DNA of 58,625 nucleotides, counting the filler, from Sphacelaria rigidula (Eukaryota): assembly GCA_964200075.2 (NCBI GenBank). It is 10 parts of 10 records of this genome, joined end to end, with 100 filler letters (N's around TTAATTAATTAA, not from the genome) between each part and the next. Parts side by side here need not be neighbours in the genome. Positions count along the whole stretch, not along the records: positions 5,874 to 11,646 come from CAXNAA020024579.1; positions 11,747 to 17,519 come from CAXNAA020024580.1; positions 17,620 to 23,392 come from CAXNAA020024581.1; 7 more parts are not named here. One strand, given 5' to 3'. The stretch's first letter is position 1, and each line of letters opens with the position of its first letter. Shown piece by piece: positions 10,720-23,169 of the stretch. The translations under genes were made by a program, and so were the position numbers. The notes below the pieces were generated by a model. That model saw only the letters and a list, made by a program, of their open reading frames with translations. It had not been told where the DNA came from and searched no databases.

Positions 10720-11207
10720 CCGTACGTACTCCCGACCGCAGTTCGCAATGGGTATGAAAGCTAAGCAGTTGGTTTTTCTCAACTTCATCCACCCAATTCA
10801 AACGACTCTCTCAAGACCCGAGGGAAGGTGGCCGCCTCGGGTCCGCCTAAACACGCAAATATACCGTCGAACAGCAATACCAAACCATTCTGGGATGGGC
10901 ATCAGCCAGTCCTTGAAGAACGGAACAAAAATCGACAAGTTACCGTTCGTATCAGGAAACAACGCGCATGAAGTGCTTTGCAGGTTGGAAAACACGTATT
11001 TTCATGGAGAAGAAACTTTCCGTACCCCCATTAATGCTGTATGCGGCTGTATAAACTCTACTGCCCTTCATTAATACCTGGCGGGGGGACAGGGAAGCCG
11101 TCCTCCCTCACGTCTTGAGAGTCGTTTAAATTGTGTGGATGAAGTTGAGAAAAATCATCTGTTGACCTTTCGTACCCGTTGCGAGCTCTGGTCGGGAGTT
11201 AGTACGG
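10720..11207. mobile_element. Foldback/MITE with ~110-bp inverted arms
   Basis: CCGTAC..CTCCCGACC..TTTTTCTCAACTTCATCCAC..AAACGACTCTC pairs with GAGAGTCGTTT..GTGGATGAAGTTGAGAAAAA..GGTCGGGAG..GTACGG. Confidence 0.75.
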
Positions 11208-11811
11208 TGGCAACGAAAGCTAGCTATGTTCGGGTTTGCCTGCCGTACTACCGACAGCGTTGCGTGAAAGCCACAAGACCTTTGCTGTCGGCGGTTGATG
11301 GCGTGGGTCTCAAATACAACGACAAGCGGTTGATTGTAGAGCTACTCTCGTCCCAGCTTGTAATGCATGATCCCCTCACTTCGGAATAATTCTGGAAAGC
11401 TACTCGTAGTGTACCGAGGTGTTCACCCGAGCAGCGTGTGCTCCAGATTGCAGCATGGATGGACTCCTATGCGCCACACTAGCAACATTGAGGTCACCAC
11501 CATACGTATCTTTTTTCACTCCGCATGTCAAAAAGGTCACTACAAGTGTTTGATCTCTCATACACCCCCCTCAACTGGCAATGCGCCCCCCCCCCCCCCC
11601 CCCCGACCCGCACCCCCCCCCGCCCTCCCCTTCTCCCCCCCCCCCCNNNNNNNNNNNNNNNNNNNNNNNNNNNNNNNNNNNNNNNNNNNNTTAATTAATT
11701 AANNNNNNNNNNNNNNNNNNNNNNNNNNNNNNNNNNNNNNNNNNNNCTCAGCCGCCGGGTTTCCGGGGTGCTTGCCCAGGCCCCCCCAAAGGACATTTTC
11801 CGGGCGCGCGA

Positions 11812-12052
11812 CGACCCCCCCCCCCCCCCCCCCCCCCCAAGAAAAGTGACTGGTTTAAGGAGGTGAAACCAATATGTAAATCTAAATGACAAAAGCCGGG
11901 CACAGCGAGATGCTGGGAACTCCCACGCATGTGATCGACATGATGAGGGGCTTCATGCAGTCTTGAACCAGCTATCATGCCCTTTACGACCATTTTCTTC
12001 GTGATTTTCCTGGGGCTGTTCTGGAGGGGGGTTGCTATTGCGGAATCAGTCT
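11812..12052. mobile_element. MITE family M1, degenerate copy with expanded C-run
   Basis: AAAGCCGGGCACAGCGAG..GCTGGGAA..CTTCATGCA.. is colinear with 6190-6350. Confidence 0.6.
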
Positions 12053-12321
12053 AGCTGGTATCATTGTTGTTGATCCACTACCGTCATTATGCATATATGT
12101 TCATGCACAACCTTCTGGGAGCGCTTCCCCGTCCCATGCGGTATTTAGCGAGTGAGGGACTACAATTAAATTTATTATTGGTCATTATCTAATAACCGGC
12201 AGCTGTCATACTCTGGTGCACGCGGCGGGAGCGCTGCTTGAATGGGACGGTCTATAAGCGGACTTGAACAGCAGGTAGTGTACCACGGCAAAACAACTTG
12301 TTTTCCGAAAGCGGATGGCAA

Positions 12322-15300
12322 ATGCTGTACCGCGAATGCGAGGTGCGGGTATGCCAAGCCAGACACCTCACGGCTCGAAACAGGATAGAACAAACCAACA
12401 GCCGAGACAAGAGAACACACGTAACGGGCCTGTGTGCGCTGATCAGCCATGGCGGTCGGCACGTTCCAACCGAGGTTTGCCGCGACATCGAGAATCCATA
12501 CTGGCAAAAAATCGCGTCTTTCCCGCTGCTGATGCGCGATAGCGTCGAAGAACCAGGTGGGCGCCCGGAAAAGTCTTCCGCAACGAATAGGCTTGCGGAA
12601 GTTGCAGTTGAGGAAACCAGCCATGAGGTCATGCAATCTCTCAACCCTTTTGCGAAGAATTTCGTCCCACCGGAGTCTCTTCCGGCGCAGCCGCCTCCCC
12701 CTCAAAACCCTTCTACTCCGCCGAGGTCCCCGTCGCCGCCCAGTCTGACGGATGGTCATCTACGGACATCACTGGTCGTTCACTTTCATCTGTTGGGTGA
12801 GAACCTAATCTCCAAAGAACTGATCGGGGACGTGGCCGTCGACTTGGTCCCAATTCTTGAGACCGCGGATAAAAAGGTCACAGTCCTGGAAACTGATCGG
12901 CTGGCCCATGTTGAGGATAATTTTGATCTAGCAGGCCTCCCTCCGCATGCATCTGTCGCTGTAGACACGTGGGTTGCTCTTCGCCAAAGAAATGGAGAAC
13001 TTCGAATACAAATCCTCATCAAGCCTGTGTCTTCACTTCCGGATTTGGGTGGCCGCCAGGGTGTTCCGCTATCCTCTGCTCTGGAGGTGCGACCTATCCC
13101 ACGTGCAGCGTCAAGCGCGAACTTCAGAAGCCGGTCCAACCCCTTCGGCATGGATCGTGCAAGCTCTTTACAGCCACGACGAAACTCTGACGAAGAAGTT
13201 CCTTCTCATCCGAAAGATGCCGTCAAGCAGATTACATTGCGACAGGGTGCCCCGCCGTACAGTACGGAGATGTCGGGTCGATCGAATAGAGGAAGTGAAG
13301 GCGTGCGCGGTCCTCCCCATGGGTACGTCAGGGATACGCGCATTGGATTATGGCCGGACTTCGATAGAATCGCCAAGGATGGATTGGTCAAGGTTGGTGT
13401 GTCATCTGCGCATGGCTCCCTCGACGAGCGCCTATTAGAGATTCAGGAGCAGTACGACTTTAGCGCCGCGCGTGGATACCGAGAGGGCAAACCAGATCAA
13501 GATGCGGGAGAGGGTATGAGGGCAGTCGCTAGGGAGACTTCTGGGATCCCCGAGTGGCCAACAAGCGCTTTCGATGCTGCTCAGCTTCGCAGAGACATGC
13601 AGCTCGCGACGCTGAGGACTAGGCGACAATGTATCGGTGAGGTTAGCAGGAATCGCCAACTTTTCCCTGGAAAATCACGCAGAATCCCCACAGCTGTTGG
13701 TGAGGCTACATCTCATGGAAATTTGTTTCTACAAGGTAGTAGTATGCGAAACTGTTGAACTTAGCCAGGAATTTCGTTTTTTCAATATTGCTCTTCCTTG
13801 GTTACACTAATCTTGAAAAAATCTGTCAAATGTTCTTGATTTGTTTCGAAGTTTCAATAGTGAATTTTTTTTTTATGCTACAGGGTGGGCCGCCCAAGAC
13901 GCGGACAGGGATGTGAACACGCGATTATGCTGCTCAATTTTGGGCAGTTTTCTATGAAATTTTGACACGATGTACAGGACGTATGTGCAAAGACTCCATC
14001 ATCTCCCCCCCCCTTTTTTGTGAGTTTTTCACGATTTAGTCCCAAAAAATGTTCTGAAACGTTTAGTCGGCAATAATTCACTGAAAATTTAAACAAAAGG
14101 TAGGGGGCAGATGATGGGATCTTCGCACATACGTCGTGTACATGGTGTCAAATTTCATAGAAAACGACCTAAAATTGAGCTGCATAATGGCTTGTTCGCG
14201 TCGAACACTGGTTCCCACGTGGAGCTGGACCAGCCACGAAAAAATAAAACGCGGTTATGCTGTTCAATTTCAAGTATTTTCCCACGGAATTTTGACACGA
14301 TGTGCGTAAGGTACGTTGTAAAGACCCTATGTCCCACCTTGAGTTTATGAGTTGTCGACGATTACGTCCCGAAAAAAACGTTCCGAATTTTCGATCACCA
14401 ATAATCAAATAATTCATGAGGAAAAAAAAATATGAAGGGGAAACGATAGGGGCTTCGCACATACCTCATGCAAATGGTGTCAAAATTTCATAGAAAACGA
14501 CTTGAAGTTTACCGGCGCAACCGCGCTTTTCTGTTGAGAACCGTTTGACTGGCTTTTAGACTACAACAACGTCAGCTGGAGCTTTGACGTTCTGTACAAG
14601 CTCTCTTCGCCCGCTGCTCACCGGTTCGCGCACTAGTATCAGACGCCTTGGCGCGCTGGAGGCCTTTTCTGCGTGCCATCTCAAGCACTGCGCGCCTACA
14701 GTACGACATGCAATGGTGTACAACCAAAACTTGTGCAGCACCATCACTTTGCGGTTACGGCACAACCGACTGAAACCGAAATACGATTCAAGCCATTTTT
14801 TTGCCCTAATTCCGCCGCACATGTGACCCTCAACTCTCTACACTCCGCAGCTTACTACAGTTTGGTATTTCGTTTGAGGGGAACTTGTCGGATCGCAGTG
14901 CCACGTGAAGTGAAAGGCGCGCGTTGATTTGCAAATTACCACGATGTATCATAGTAGGCACAACTCGCGACGCATCGCCAGTTAGAAGCGGCTGAAGGAA
15001 AATCCGCTTTTTGGGCGGCCCAGCCTGCATCAATAGTTGGCGTTTCAGAGCAGCTTGGTAACTCATCGGGCTGATACCCTGAGGGTCGTGGGTTTAAATG
15101 CTTTAGGCGCGATTATTTGTAAAATATCTAAGGAATATGGCTCAGGGGTTGAGAGTGTTTGGTTCGGGTTTTTTCTTCAATATCATACCACGGTGCGATT
15201 ATTTGCGCCGAGAAAATACTGAGCCACAACGATTTGAGCACACTTCACACCCATCAACCCCAATCGCAGCGTGGTGCCTACTGTACGGGCCACCACATGA

Positions 15301-17010
15301 CCTCAGACTTGGTATGCTACTTCAGCAAGTCTGTCGATATGTTATTCGAGATATTGACTGCGATCATCGATCTGTGTGGGGAGTTAAGGGTCGTGATGAT
15401 GCGGGCTCTGGCACAGCGGGCTGAAAATACAAGAAGGATCGCGGTGGGGGGCAACTGGATGATTAAACTATAAACAAAATTCAATACTCATAAGATTTCG
15501 CCTGGGCGTGATATCACCCTTTGAGTGCGAAGATTTTGGCATTTTTTCTGCAGGAGCAGTCATACACTGATGTTATGACAACGTCCGCATTGGCTTTCAT
15601 GGAAAACTATTACTTCAAAGTCGCACGGTTAAACCCCCTGATTCCCTGACCTTTGCGTCCGGCTTTGTTGTTGCAGCTTGGGCAGAAAAACTTGGATCTT
15701 CACCCGGACTGCAGAACGCGTTGCGAAAACCTCAGCCGTTCGGCGTTCTGCGAGGGAAGATCATGGAACAAGGTGAAGAGCAAAATGTCGCTACGCCTAC
15801 GGAGTTCCAGCAGATAGGCAGTGAACTTCAAGATCTGATCATGCGAGGAGTGCCGCCGTCTCTTCAGCAGCGAACGACTGCTAGGGTAGATGTGGGGCAG
15901 GAAGGAGATAAGGTATTCGGTGGAGCGTTTGAGGGCGATGACGCTGAGCCAAGTTTTTTGGACGGTGTTAGCACGGCAATCCCTTCTGTAGAGGTGAGAT
16001 GTGGCATGTATCCATAACTCGGTGTGTTCTCACCGCCGTTTACCAAGCCACATATGTGGTGAAAGTGTGGTTCTTTTGGACTTGTGACGTAGCTCAGTTG
16101 AGTAGATTTGTAGCTGATACCTGCTTTTGGCAATGATACCGATGCAGGCGGTCACATCAAGGTAATACTTCCCCGTATCCTAGCTACGTCACATCTTGAG
16201 GGTCAATCTGATGAACCAAATCAGGTCAGAGTTCATCCACACGACGGATTGTTGCACCTACCGTAGTGTGAGGAGTTGCAGCAATGCTCGTTGAGTTTTG
16301 CAGAGAACCAGGGACTGCAAATCTCTCCGCGGGATATGAAATGACGCATCAATACTGTGTTGAAATCGCCACCTTAGCTGCACCTATTTCGTGAGGACAG
16401 TCTTGACAGTATTGTGCTAAGGAAGTAGGACATACAACGTTCGGGTACAGAGGCGCCGCCTCAAGCCTCCTCGCGTGGCTGTATGCCAGATAAGTGTGCC
16501 GCCAGATGGCTGCCAACGATTGTTTTGCGTCCAGCCCTGATCCCCATCGGCCATACAACGCCAGTACCCGAAGGCGTGTGCGTTGTACTGCGACTGTTGC
16601 TTTTTTGCAGGTGGTTCGTGTGTCCGGGCACTTGTGCTGCGCGGAGTACCGAGTCCAGGTGAGTCTTGGAGGAGCAGAGTGGCGGTCACGTAACAATTTG
16701 AAGTGAGTGGAGACGCTAGTAGGCAATGTGTGGCTATCTACGAGAGTGTTGGAGCGATGAAGGCGCTCCCTAAATGCACATCCTAATACACTTGCAACCC
16801 GTACATTGCCACGTTTGATGTGACAATTAGAACACTACTTGTCGTGCCTTGCAGGTCAGACGGGAGGTATCCAGAGACAGCTGGTTTGTCATCCGGAGGT
16901 ACTCGGACTTCAGACAATTGTACGATAATCTGCCGAGAGCCTTCGCGGCAATCACGCCGTCATTACCACCCAAAAGCTGGCGATCCTTCTCGTTCCTGAG
17001 CATGACACCG
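12322..17010 (+). CDS. C2-domain + PX-domain protein, partial
   Basis: Large exon ~12322-13735 carries C2-like strands (EVRVCQARHL..TEVCRDIENPYWQ..F.L; LVVHF..ENLISKELIGDVAVDL; DTWVAL..GELRIQI). It joins in phase 1 to 15677-15993, then 16611-16658 (EYRVQ) and 16855-17010 (WFVIRRYSDFRQLYDNL..PSLPPK), the PX signature. Start codon uncertain; intermediate exons possible. Confidence 0.8.
13916..14196. mobile_element. Palindromic MITE, copy 1 (~90-bp arms)
   Basis: ATTATGCTGCTCAATTTT..TTTTCTATGAAATTTTGACAC..CCATCATCT pairs with AGATGATGG..GTGTCAAATTTCATAGAAAA..AAAATTGAGCTGCATAAT. Confidence 0.8.
14247..14529. mobile_element. Palindromic MITE, copy 2, in tandem with copy 1
   Basis: Same arms, more diverged (GCGGTTATGCTG..TTTTGACACGATG / GGTGTCAAAATTTCATAGAAAACGAC..CCGCG). 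Confidence 0.7.
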
Positions 17011-17619
17011 GTAAGCGCCAGGTTCAGAAACGACACCCATGCCTGTGACTTTCATTAGCACTTTCGGCACATAAGTCAAGTTCCACAGAAGTTGCCTGTG
17101 CATCGCGGTGTACCAAGGTCGACGTTGCTTGTAACCCTTGTGCCGCCGGACCCTTCAGGTGGATCATAGATGAACAGATTTGTTCACATATCAAGTGCCG
17201 TACTACGCGATGTGAAGGGTGTCACGGAGACAAGTTGGTGATACGGGAGTACACTGAAACCAAGATGATCAAATCTGAACATTTTAGTAGCGATTGTGAT
17301 GAGCTAGAAGGACAAACCAGCGGGAAAGGTCAATATGAGGTTCAACTAGTACATTCAAAATCACATCACCAGCGCGGGTGAAAAAAATATTCCTGGACCC
17401 ACACTCACTTTTTTCCATTTGGGGCCGATTGGGGGGGGGGGGGGGGAGGACTTGTTGGGCCGGGTTCCGGGTGGGGGGTTTCGGGTTTTTCTCAAATTCC
17501 TATTACTTAATGCCACCCANNNNNNNNNNNNNNNNNNNNNNNNNNNNNNNNNNNNNNNNNNNNTTAATTAATTAANNNNNNNNNNNNNNNNNNNNNNNNN
17601 NNNNNNNNNNNNNNNNNNN

Positions 17620-19645
17620 GTTTCGACGTCTCTACATTTGCCTCTGCCCACGCATTGATTTCTTTTGGAATTCCTTGTCGAACTCCGTTGTTGTTTCTGA
17701 TGTTCCTAGTTTACGGTAGTGCTCGACTAGCACTTCCCTCTTTCCCTTCGAACTACCAGCCATTTTACTGTTCTATGCCCGTAGTGTAGCTATGCCCTTG
17801 TCCATCTTTCCTGCCTGATTTTGTGTGATCCCTTTTATCCTTGGCCATGTTTGTTTTACCGAGCTGTCGAAATCTTCATTTCGTTTTTCCACTACACCTT
17901 CCCAAACATCCGTTTTTTTCTGCTGTACCATCGTTTGTACTTCCTTCCGAGCTTTGGCATACTCCTCTCATCCTACCGTAATTTTGTTCGACATCCATCT
18001 CGCGTGGGCCTCTCTCCTCACTCTGATGGCCTCTTTCACTTCCTTATCCCATCAGTTTACGGCTCTGTTGCATACGATCAGCTTCTTCTCTATGACTTTA
18101 CTCGCTGTGTTCTTGACCAGCTGCCCCCATCCTTCTACAATCTTCGCTCCTTCTCGATTTCTTTCCATTCCGGTATCAATTCCACCTACGCGTTCCAGCA
18201 GCTCGGAAAGTTTCACTGCATTGTGGGCCATCTGCTCTTGGAACTCTAGCCGTTTCTCTTCCACATCTAGTTTATCGATTCTCTACTTGTACAGCTTTCT
18301 ACCCCGCCTATTTATTTGAGCTCTCGTCTGTTGGTCTTCTGTTCATGTCAGGCAGTGATCTGTGGTCCCCACGTCCTCCGCGCAAATATACACTTCCATT
18401 TCTTCACTATTCCCGTGCTCTCTCGCTAGACAGTCAAGAACGGAGCATCCCATCTTTCCTTTGTACTACCTCGTCCATGTCCATTGCGCCTCTGGCTTTG
18501 GTACTCTATCGTTCAGGGTCTTCATCTCGTTATGCTCAAAGAACTTCAGCATTTCTACCCCTTTCGTGTTCTTATTTTTTACCCCATATTGCCCAATGAT
18601 ATCATGCGGTTGACCTGCTCTTCCTACCCTTGCATTCAAATCTCCCACTAACATTACTTCTCCTTGCCTTTTGTAAATACGTACATCTGCTACGATCTCT
18701 CCAAACCTACGCTGAATACCGTCCACCGTACTCTTCGATACTGGGAGCATATAGATGTTCCCGACGAAGTCCTTCGTTCCTCACTCTCCTGGTACCCTTA
18801 TCCATATACTCTCGTCGAATTTCGTGTCATCGAACACCACTATAATAACGTCACACAAGTATTCCTTGACTGAAAACGCTACTCCCCCCGCTCCCCTGCT
18901 CTTGTCCTTCTATCCCGTTCGTTTTTTCCCTATCCATGCGTACTTCTCAAGTATGCATCCTATTTCTACCCTCTCTTTCTCCCATGATCCTTGGATTCCT
19001 ACGATATCTAGGTCGTGTTCACTCACTCGTTTCGCTATCTGTCCTCGTTTGCGCTCGTCTGTGGCGAAGCCACACATGTTCCACGATCCTATTCTCAACT
19101 TTCTTTCCGAATCATTATCTGCTCTCTTGTTGTCTTCTATCCTCTTCCCGTGTCTCGTACTTCTATTTTCCCTTGCTTGATTGTTCTGCCCCTTGCCGGT
19201 TTGGACTTCGTCTACTTGGTTCGGTGCGCTGTGTCCCCTTTCCTTCCCCATCCGGCCGTTTACCTGTTCCCGCCTCTGTTTCCCTCCGTTTGCCCGTGCA
19301 CTACGCCTTAGGTTTGTTATTCTATTAGCAATGCATGCTCTCCATCCTACCCTTCCAACCCATGCCGATACCTTACTTGTTTCTATCCTTCTCCACTCCT
19401 TGCTCGCTCCCTGTTTTAGCGTGACTCGGGAGTGTTCTCCCTCCCGTTCTACGTTTCCTGTTGCCAAACAGTATAGCCCAACTTCATGGCATTTCTTTCT
19501 AAACTCCATTCTCGTCATGCCGCACGTACTCTGAATAGCAGCACTACTAGTGCCTTACCCCACCACTCTTTACTCCTCCATCCGCCCTTTCTTACCGTCT
19601 GTCTCTCCATCTCCTTGAAGAGAATCTCCAGCTTGTTCAATTTCA
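17620..19645 (-). mobile_element. Decayed non-LTR retrotransposon (LINE), 5' region with APE endonuclease
   Basis: LRIGSWNMCG..DIVGIQ.SW, VMLVGDLNARVG and EMLKF..NEMKTLN APE motifs, broken by frameshifts. Colinear with 32190-34200. Confidence 0.92.
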
Positions 19646-20548
19646 TTGTCTTGGTAGGATACCTTTAACGTACTGGGATATCCCGCTCCTAGTATTCGTT
19701 GGGGATTGGCTTCATTCAGTTTTTTTGCTGGCTCACCGACACTAAATAATGCCTCCAACACGGGTTCGTAGCCTGAAGCCGCGTTCAACACCTTTGACAC
19801 AAGTACCCCACGTTTGTGCCAGGCGATCTTCATGGTAAACCATACAGGCGTCCCACTATCGTATCTTCTATCTTCTTGCCCCGCTGCTGAACTGGTCACT
19901 TTCCTTCGAGAAAGTCAGTTTCGTCGTAAAAGGTTCAGAGACGGCTTGCATAACGCATGGTCTTACTCACACCGGGATGTCCCGTACATCACTCTTTCAC
20001 TCCGTGTACGATTCGCCATGGGTCCCTACTCCACTGATGCTTTCGAGTAGGCCTTCGCTGCCGAAGGCTTGGCCAACGATTCCCCCACACTTTGTGCCAG
20101 CTTTTATCCTTCAAAATGTCGAGAAGTCAACGCACCGCTTGGTGCTCCCTCTAGTAGGTTATGTGGTCGAGCATCGGTAAGGTGATTGTTCCATGAGTGC
20201 AGTAGGTCTTGGCATTTATGCCATGCATTGTCCACCCCTTTCCTTCATTAGGCGCTTTTTGCACCTAATGAAGGAAATGTCTGGAAATGGCCTACCAGAC
20301 TTCCACAGCCCGATGGAAAACGGTAAGGTGTTATGGGTATCTTACCACGAGCCCCCAACCTCCATGTGAATTTGACATGGAGGTGGTGATGACCCTACCC
20401 TATCCGTACTGGTTATATCTTATGTGCTTTTGATTTGCATGTAAGGTGGTCGAACTTCATGCTGTTGTTTACATGTCTAGGTTTTGGATTTATTATTGTC
20501 TTGCACTCGTCATAATATGATGGGGAAGAATTTCGGTGTTTTCCCGCG

Positions 20549-20905
20549 ATTCCATGTCTATGTCCGGGCTGTGTTATAGTAGTTTAAATAGAAAGAAGGG
20601 TTAGCTTCTTTATTTCATGTCTATCTCCGGGCTGTGTTATAGTAGGTCAAAAAAAAAGGAGAGCTAGCTTCTCTATTTCATGTTCATGTCCGGGCTGTGT
20701 TACAGTAGTTTAAATAGAAAGAAGGGTTAGCTGCTCTATTTCATGTCTATGTCTGGGCTGTGTTATAGTAGGTTGAATAAAAGGGGGTTAGCTTCTCTAA
20801 TTCATGTCTATGTCCGGGCCGTGTTATAGTATGTAAAATAAAAACGTGGGTTAGTTTCTCTATTTCATTTCCATGTCCGGGCTGTGTTATAGTAGGTTAA
20901 AATAA
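20549..20905. repeat. Minisatellite, ~6 x 62-63 bp
   Basis: Core TTCATGTCTATGTCCGGGCTGTGTTATAGTAG repeats with an A/G-rich variable part ending (T/C)TAGCTTCT. Confidence 0.92.
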
Positions 20906-21423
20906 ATATGTTTCCGGGGGGAAACCATTGCATTGTTTAGTTTCTTGATGTTGTGTCCGTCGGCCCGGAACTTTTTTCTAGTGGCGGTCCCCGGTATATG
21001 TAGATTTTCCTAGGTGTTGGTGGCTTGTTTTACGGGGCCGTTGCCACTCGACGCCAACCCGAAAGTCTAGAGGTGAGGGGTAATCGAAAGCTGGGGGGTA
21101 ATACTGCTGTCAGTCGTTGATTTCACCCGACGTCTGCGAAACAAGGAGAACATACGGTCTGTCACATCCCAATTCGGGAAATGGATATACGAAAGATCAA
21201 AGACTCGTGTAGACCTGATTGGTATGCAGAGTGAAAAACGATTCCTTATGTGGGTGACTCAGCTCTTGCTGGCGTGACCAAAATGGAGTCTGAGATCCTG
21301 TGATCGAGCGCTATGCTGTAACCGGGTCCCATGCATGGTGAGTGTGTCGTGGGGGTGTCTGCCGCGAAAAAATGTTTTGGTAGGAGAATCATCCCAAGCT
21401 CACGCGAGATATGGTTTGTGGGA

Positions 21424-21878
21424 ACATGGGTGTCCTACGATTAACCACCTGCCATTTTGCATTCCTAATCTTTAAACGCTGACCAGGAGGGTCTTGCCTG
21501 ACAACAGCTTTCGAGAAGCGATAGTGGTAGGCAATCCGTTCAGCCCCGAGTATTCCTGCAATTTCGCTGCTGCATGTACTGACTGCCTGTAGCAGTTCGA
21601 TGTACAAACCTTGTGAGGGAAGCTCTTTGCATGATGAAGAGTTTCGGAAATCGTTTTTGGGGTCGAAGCTTTACACGATTACCCTCCTCTTCCTATAATA
21701 CAAGGCTTGTACAGTCGAATTGCTACAGGCAGTCAGTACATGCAGCAGCGAAATTGTTGTTGTATTCCGCTTGATCGTTGCTCGAAAGCTGTTTTTAAGC
21801 AAGACCTCCCCGGTCAGCGCTAAACGGCGCTTGTCAGGAATGCAATGGGGCAGGTGGCGAATCACAGGACATCCCTGT
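21424..21878. mobile_element. Foldback element, ~200-bp inverted arms
   Basis: CAATTTCGCTGCTGCATGTACTGACTGCCTGTAGCA pairs with TGCTACAGGCAGTCAGTACATGCAGCAGCGAAATTG. Pairing extends to CCACCTGCC/GGCAGGTGG. Confidence 0.85.
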
Positions 21879-21892
21879 AATTCACCATGTAA

Positions 21893-22310
21893 CGAACAAT
21901 TCTATAAAATGAGGTTCATCAATGAAATGAGGTTCGAGCCCAAGACAGGACTTTCTGCACACTTTCAGCGATGGTGACCAATTACTTTCTTGTCGGCCTT
22001 ATGCCCCTCGATCGCGTAGATACTTCTTCGGCGCATTTTATCGACCCTGTCAGCTTACAGCGCTGTCCGAAACCGTCATTTCTACTTATTTTAAAGGGGT
22101 GGGGGGTGATATCAGGAAAAACAGCGGTTTCTGTCAGCGCTGTAAGCTCACAGAATCGGCAAAATGCGCTGAAAAAGTATCTACGCGATCGAGGGGCATT
22201 AGGCCGACAAGAAAGTAATTGGGCACCATCGCTGAAAGTGCGGAGAAAGTCCTGTTTTGGGCTCGACCCTCGTTCATTTGATGAACCTCATTTTATAGAA
22301 TTGTCTGTTC
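21893..22310. mobile_element. Foldback element, ~185-bp inverted arms
   Basis: ACAATTCTATAAAATGAGGTTCATCAA..ATGCCCCTCGATCGCGTAGATACTT pairs with AAGTATCTACGCGATCGAGGGGCAT..TTGATGAACCTCATTTTATAGAATTGT. Confidence 0.9.
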
Positions 22311-23090
22311 ACTCCTGATTGGCCTTCCTGAAGGTCTGGGTCGATGCCGCTGCTGTCGAACTCCTCCTGTCCAGTCCCACTTCCACCTTTTCGTCGCCGG
22401 TGGCACTAAGCACATCGATGCATCCCAGCACCGTCAACTGGGTACGGTGTGCTTGGGAGAAGTGGTTCCCGGTCTTCACGTTCCCCGCAGAATTTCCAGG
22501 ACTCGACCTGGGCGTTGGCTTATCGTGGGTTCGCTCGTGCGGACCCATCAGGCAATAGCTGCTGCTGCTGCTGCTGCTAGATTCTGTCCACCAACGCTTA
22601 TTGCTGCTGTTGCCCCTGAGCCTGGACTCGCTGCAGGACTTGTTGAAACTGCTGTCGCTGTTTCATCATCGCTTGTACAGCAGTCATGAAGTTTGACAGG
22701 TTGCCTTTTCCCGATTGCGCAGCGCTTGACGAAAGCGTTTGCATTTCCTTAGATTTCCGTAAAATCCTTGAGAGCTAGTGACAACCTCCGTCGGTAGTAA
22801 CGTTATAACGTGTTGAAGTAATCTAACTCGATGAGGTTTACGGGTATGAACACGGGTTCTCAGTTTCAGACGCTGGAGCAATTTAAAGCTCAGGCAGTAG
22901 TCGAGCGTGTCTCGATGATGGAGATGATTGAAAACGTTTTGTTATTATAGAAGAACCGTGATGGTCCACACTCACTCTCAATACCTAACTTACGCAAGGA
23001 TATATACTCGGCATTCTATGGTCTACAGAGGAGTAGACGTGGACAGCAGTAAGTCAACTGTCAGAAGGAAGTTGGAAGGAAGTGAGCAAA

Positions 23091-23169
23091 GGGGGGGGTG
23101 TACTCATGATCATGCTTGCCATAGTCATCAGACCATTGACCTCGCATCCAGAAAAAAGGGGGGGGGGGG
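23091..23169 (-). mobile_element. Very short family B 3' end between two G-runs
   Basis: AAAGGGGGGGG-TGTACTCATGATC..GACCATTGACCTCGCATCC-AGAAAAAAGGGGGGGGG. AAAGGGGGGG occurs on both sides, like a TSD. Confidence 0.75.

Noticed and set aside
20549..20905. CRISPR-like array (conserved ~35-bp core with variable part)
   Set aside because: The variable parts are related to each other and two are identical. There are no cas genes and the context is eukaryotic. It is a minisatellite.
22309..22690. Possible exon(s) around a (GCT)n run
   Set aside because: Several frames are open but no motif or consistent splice chain could be established.
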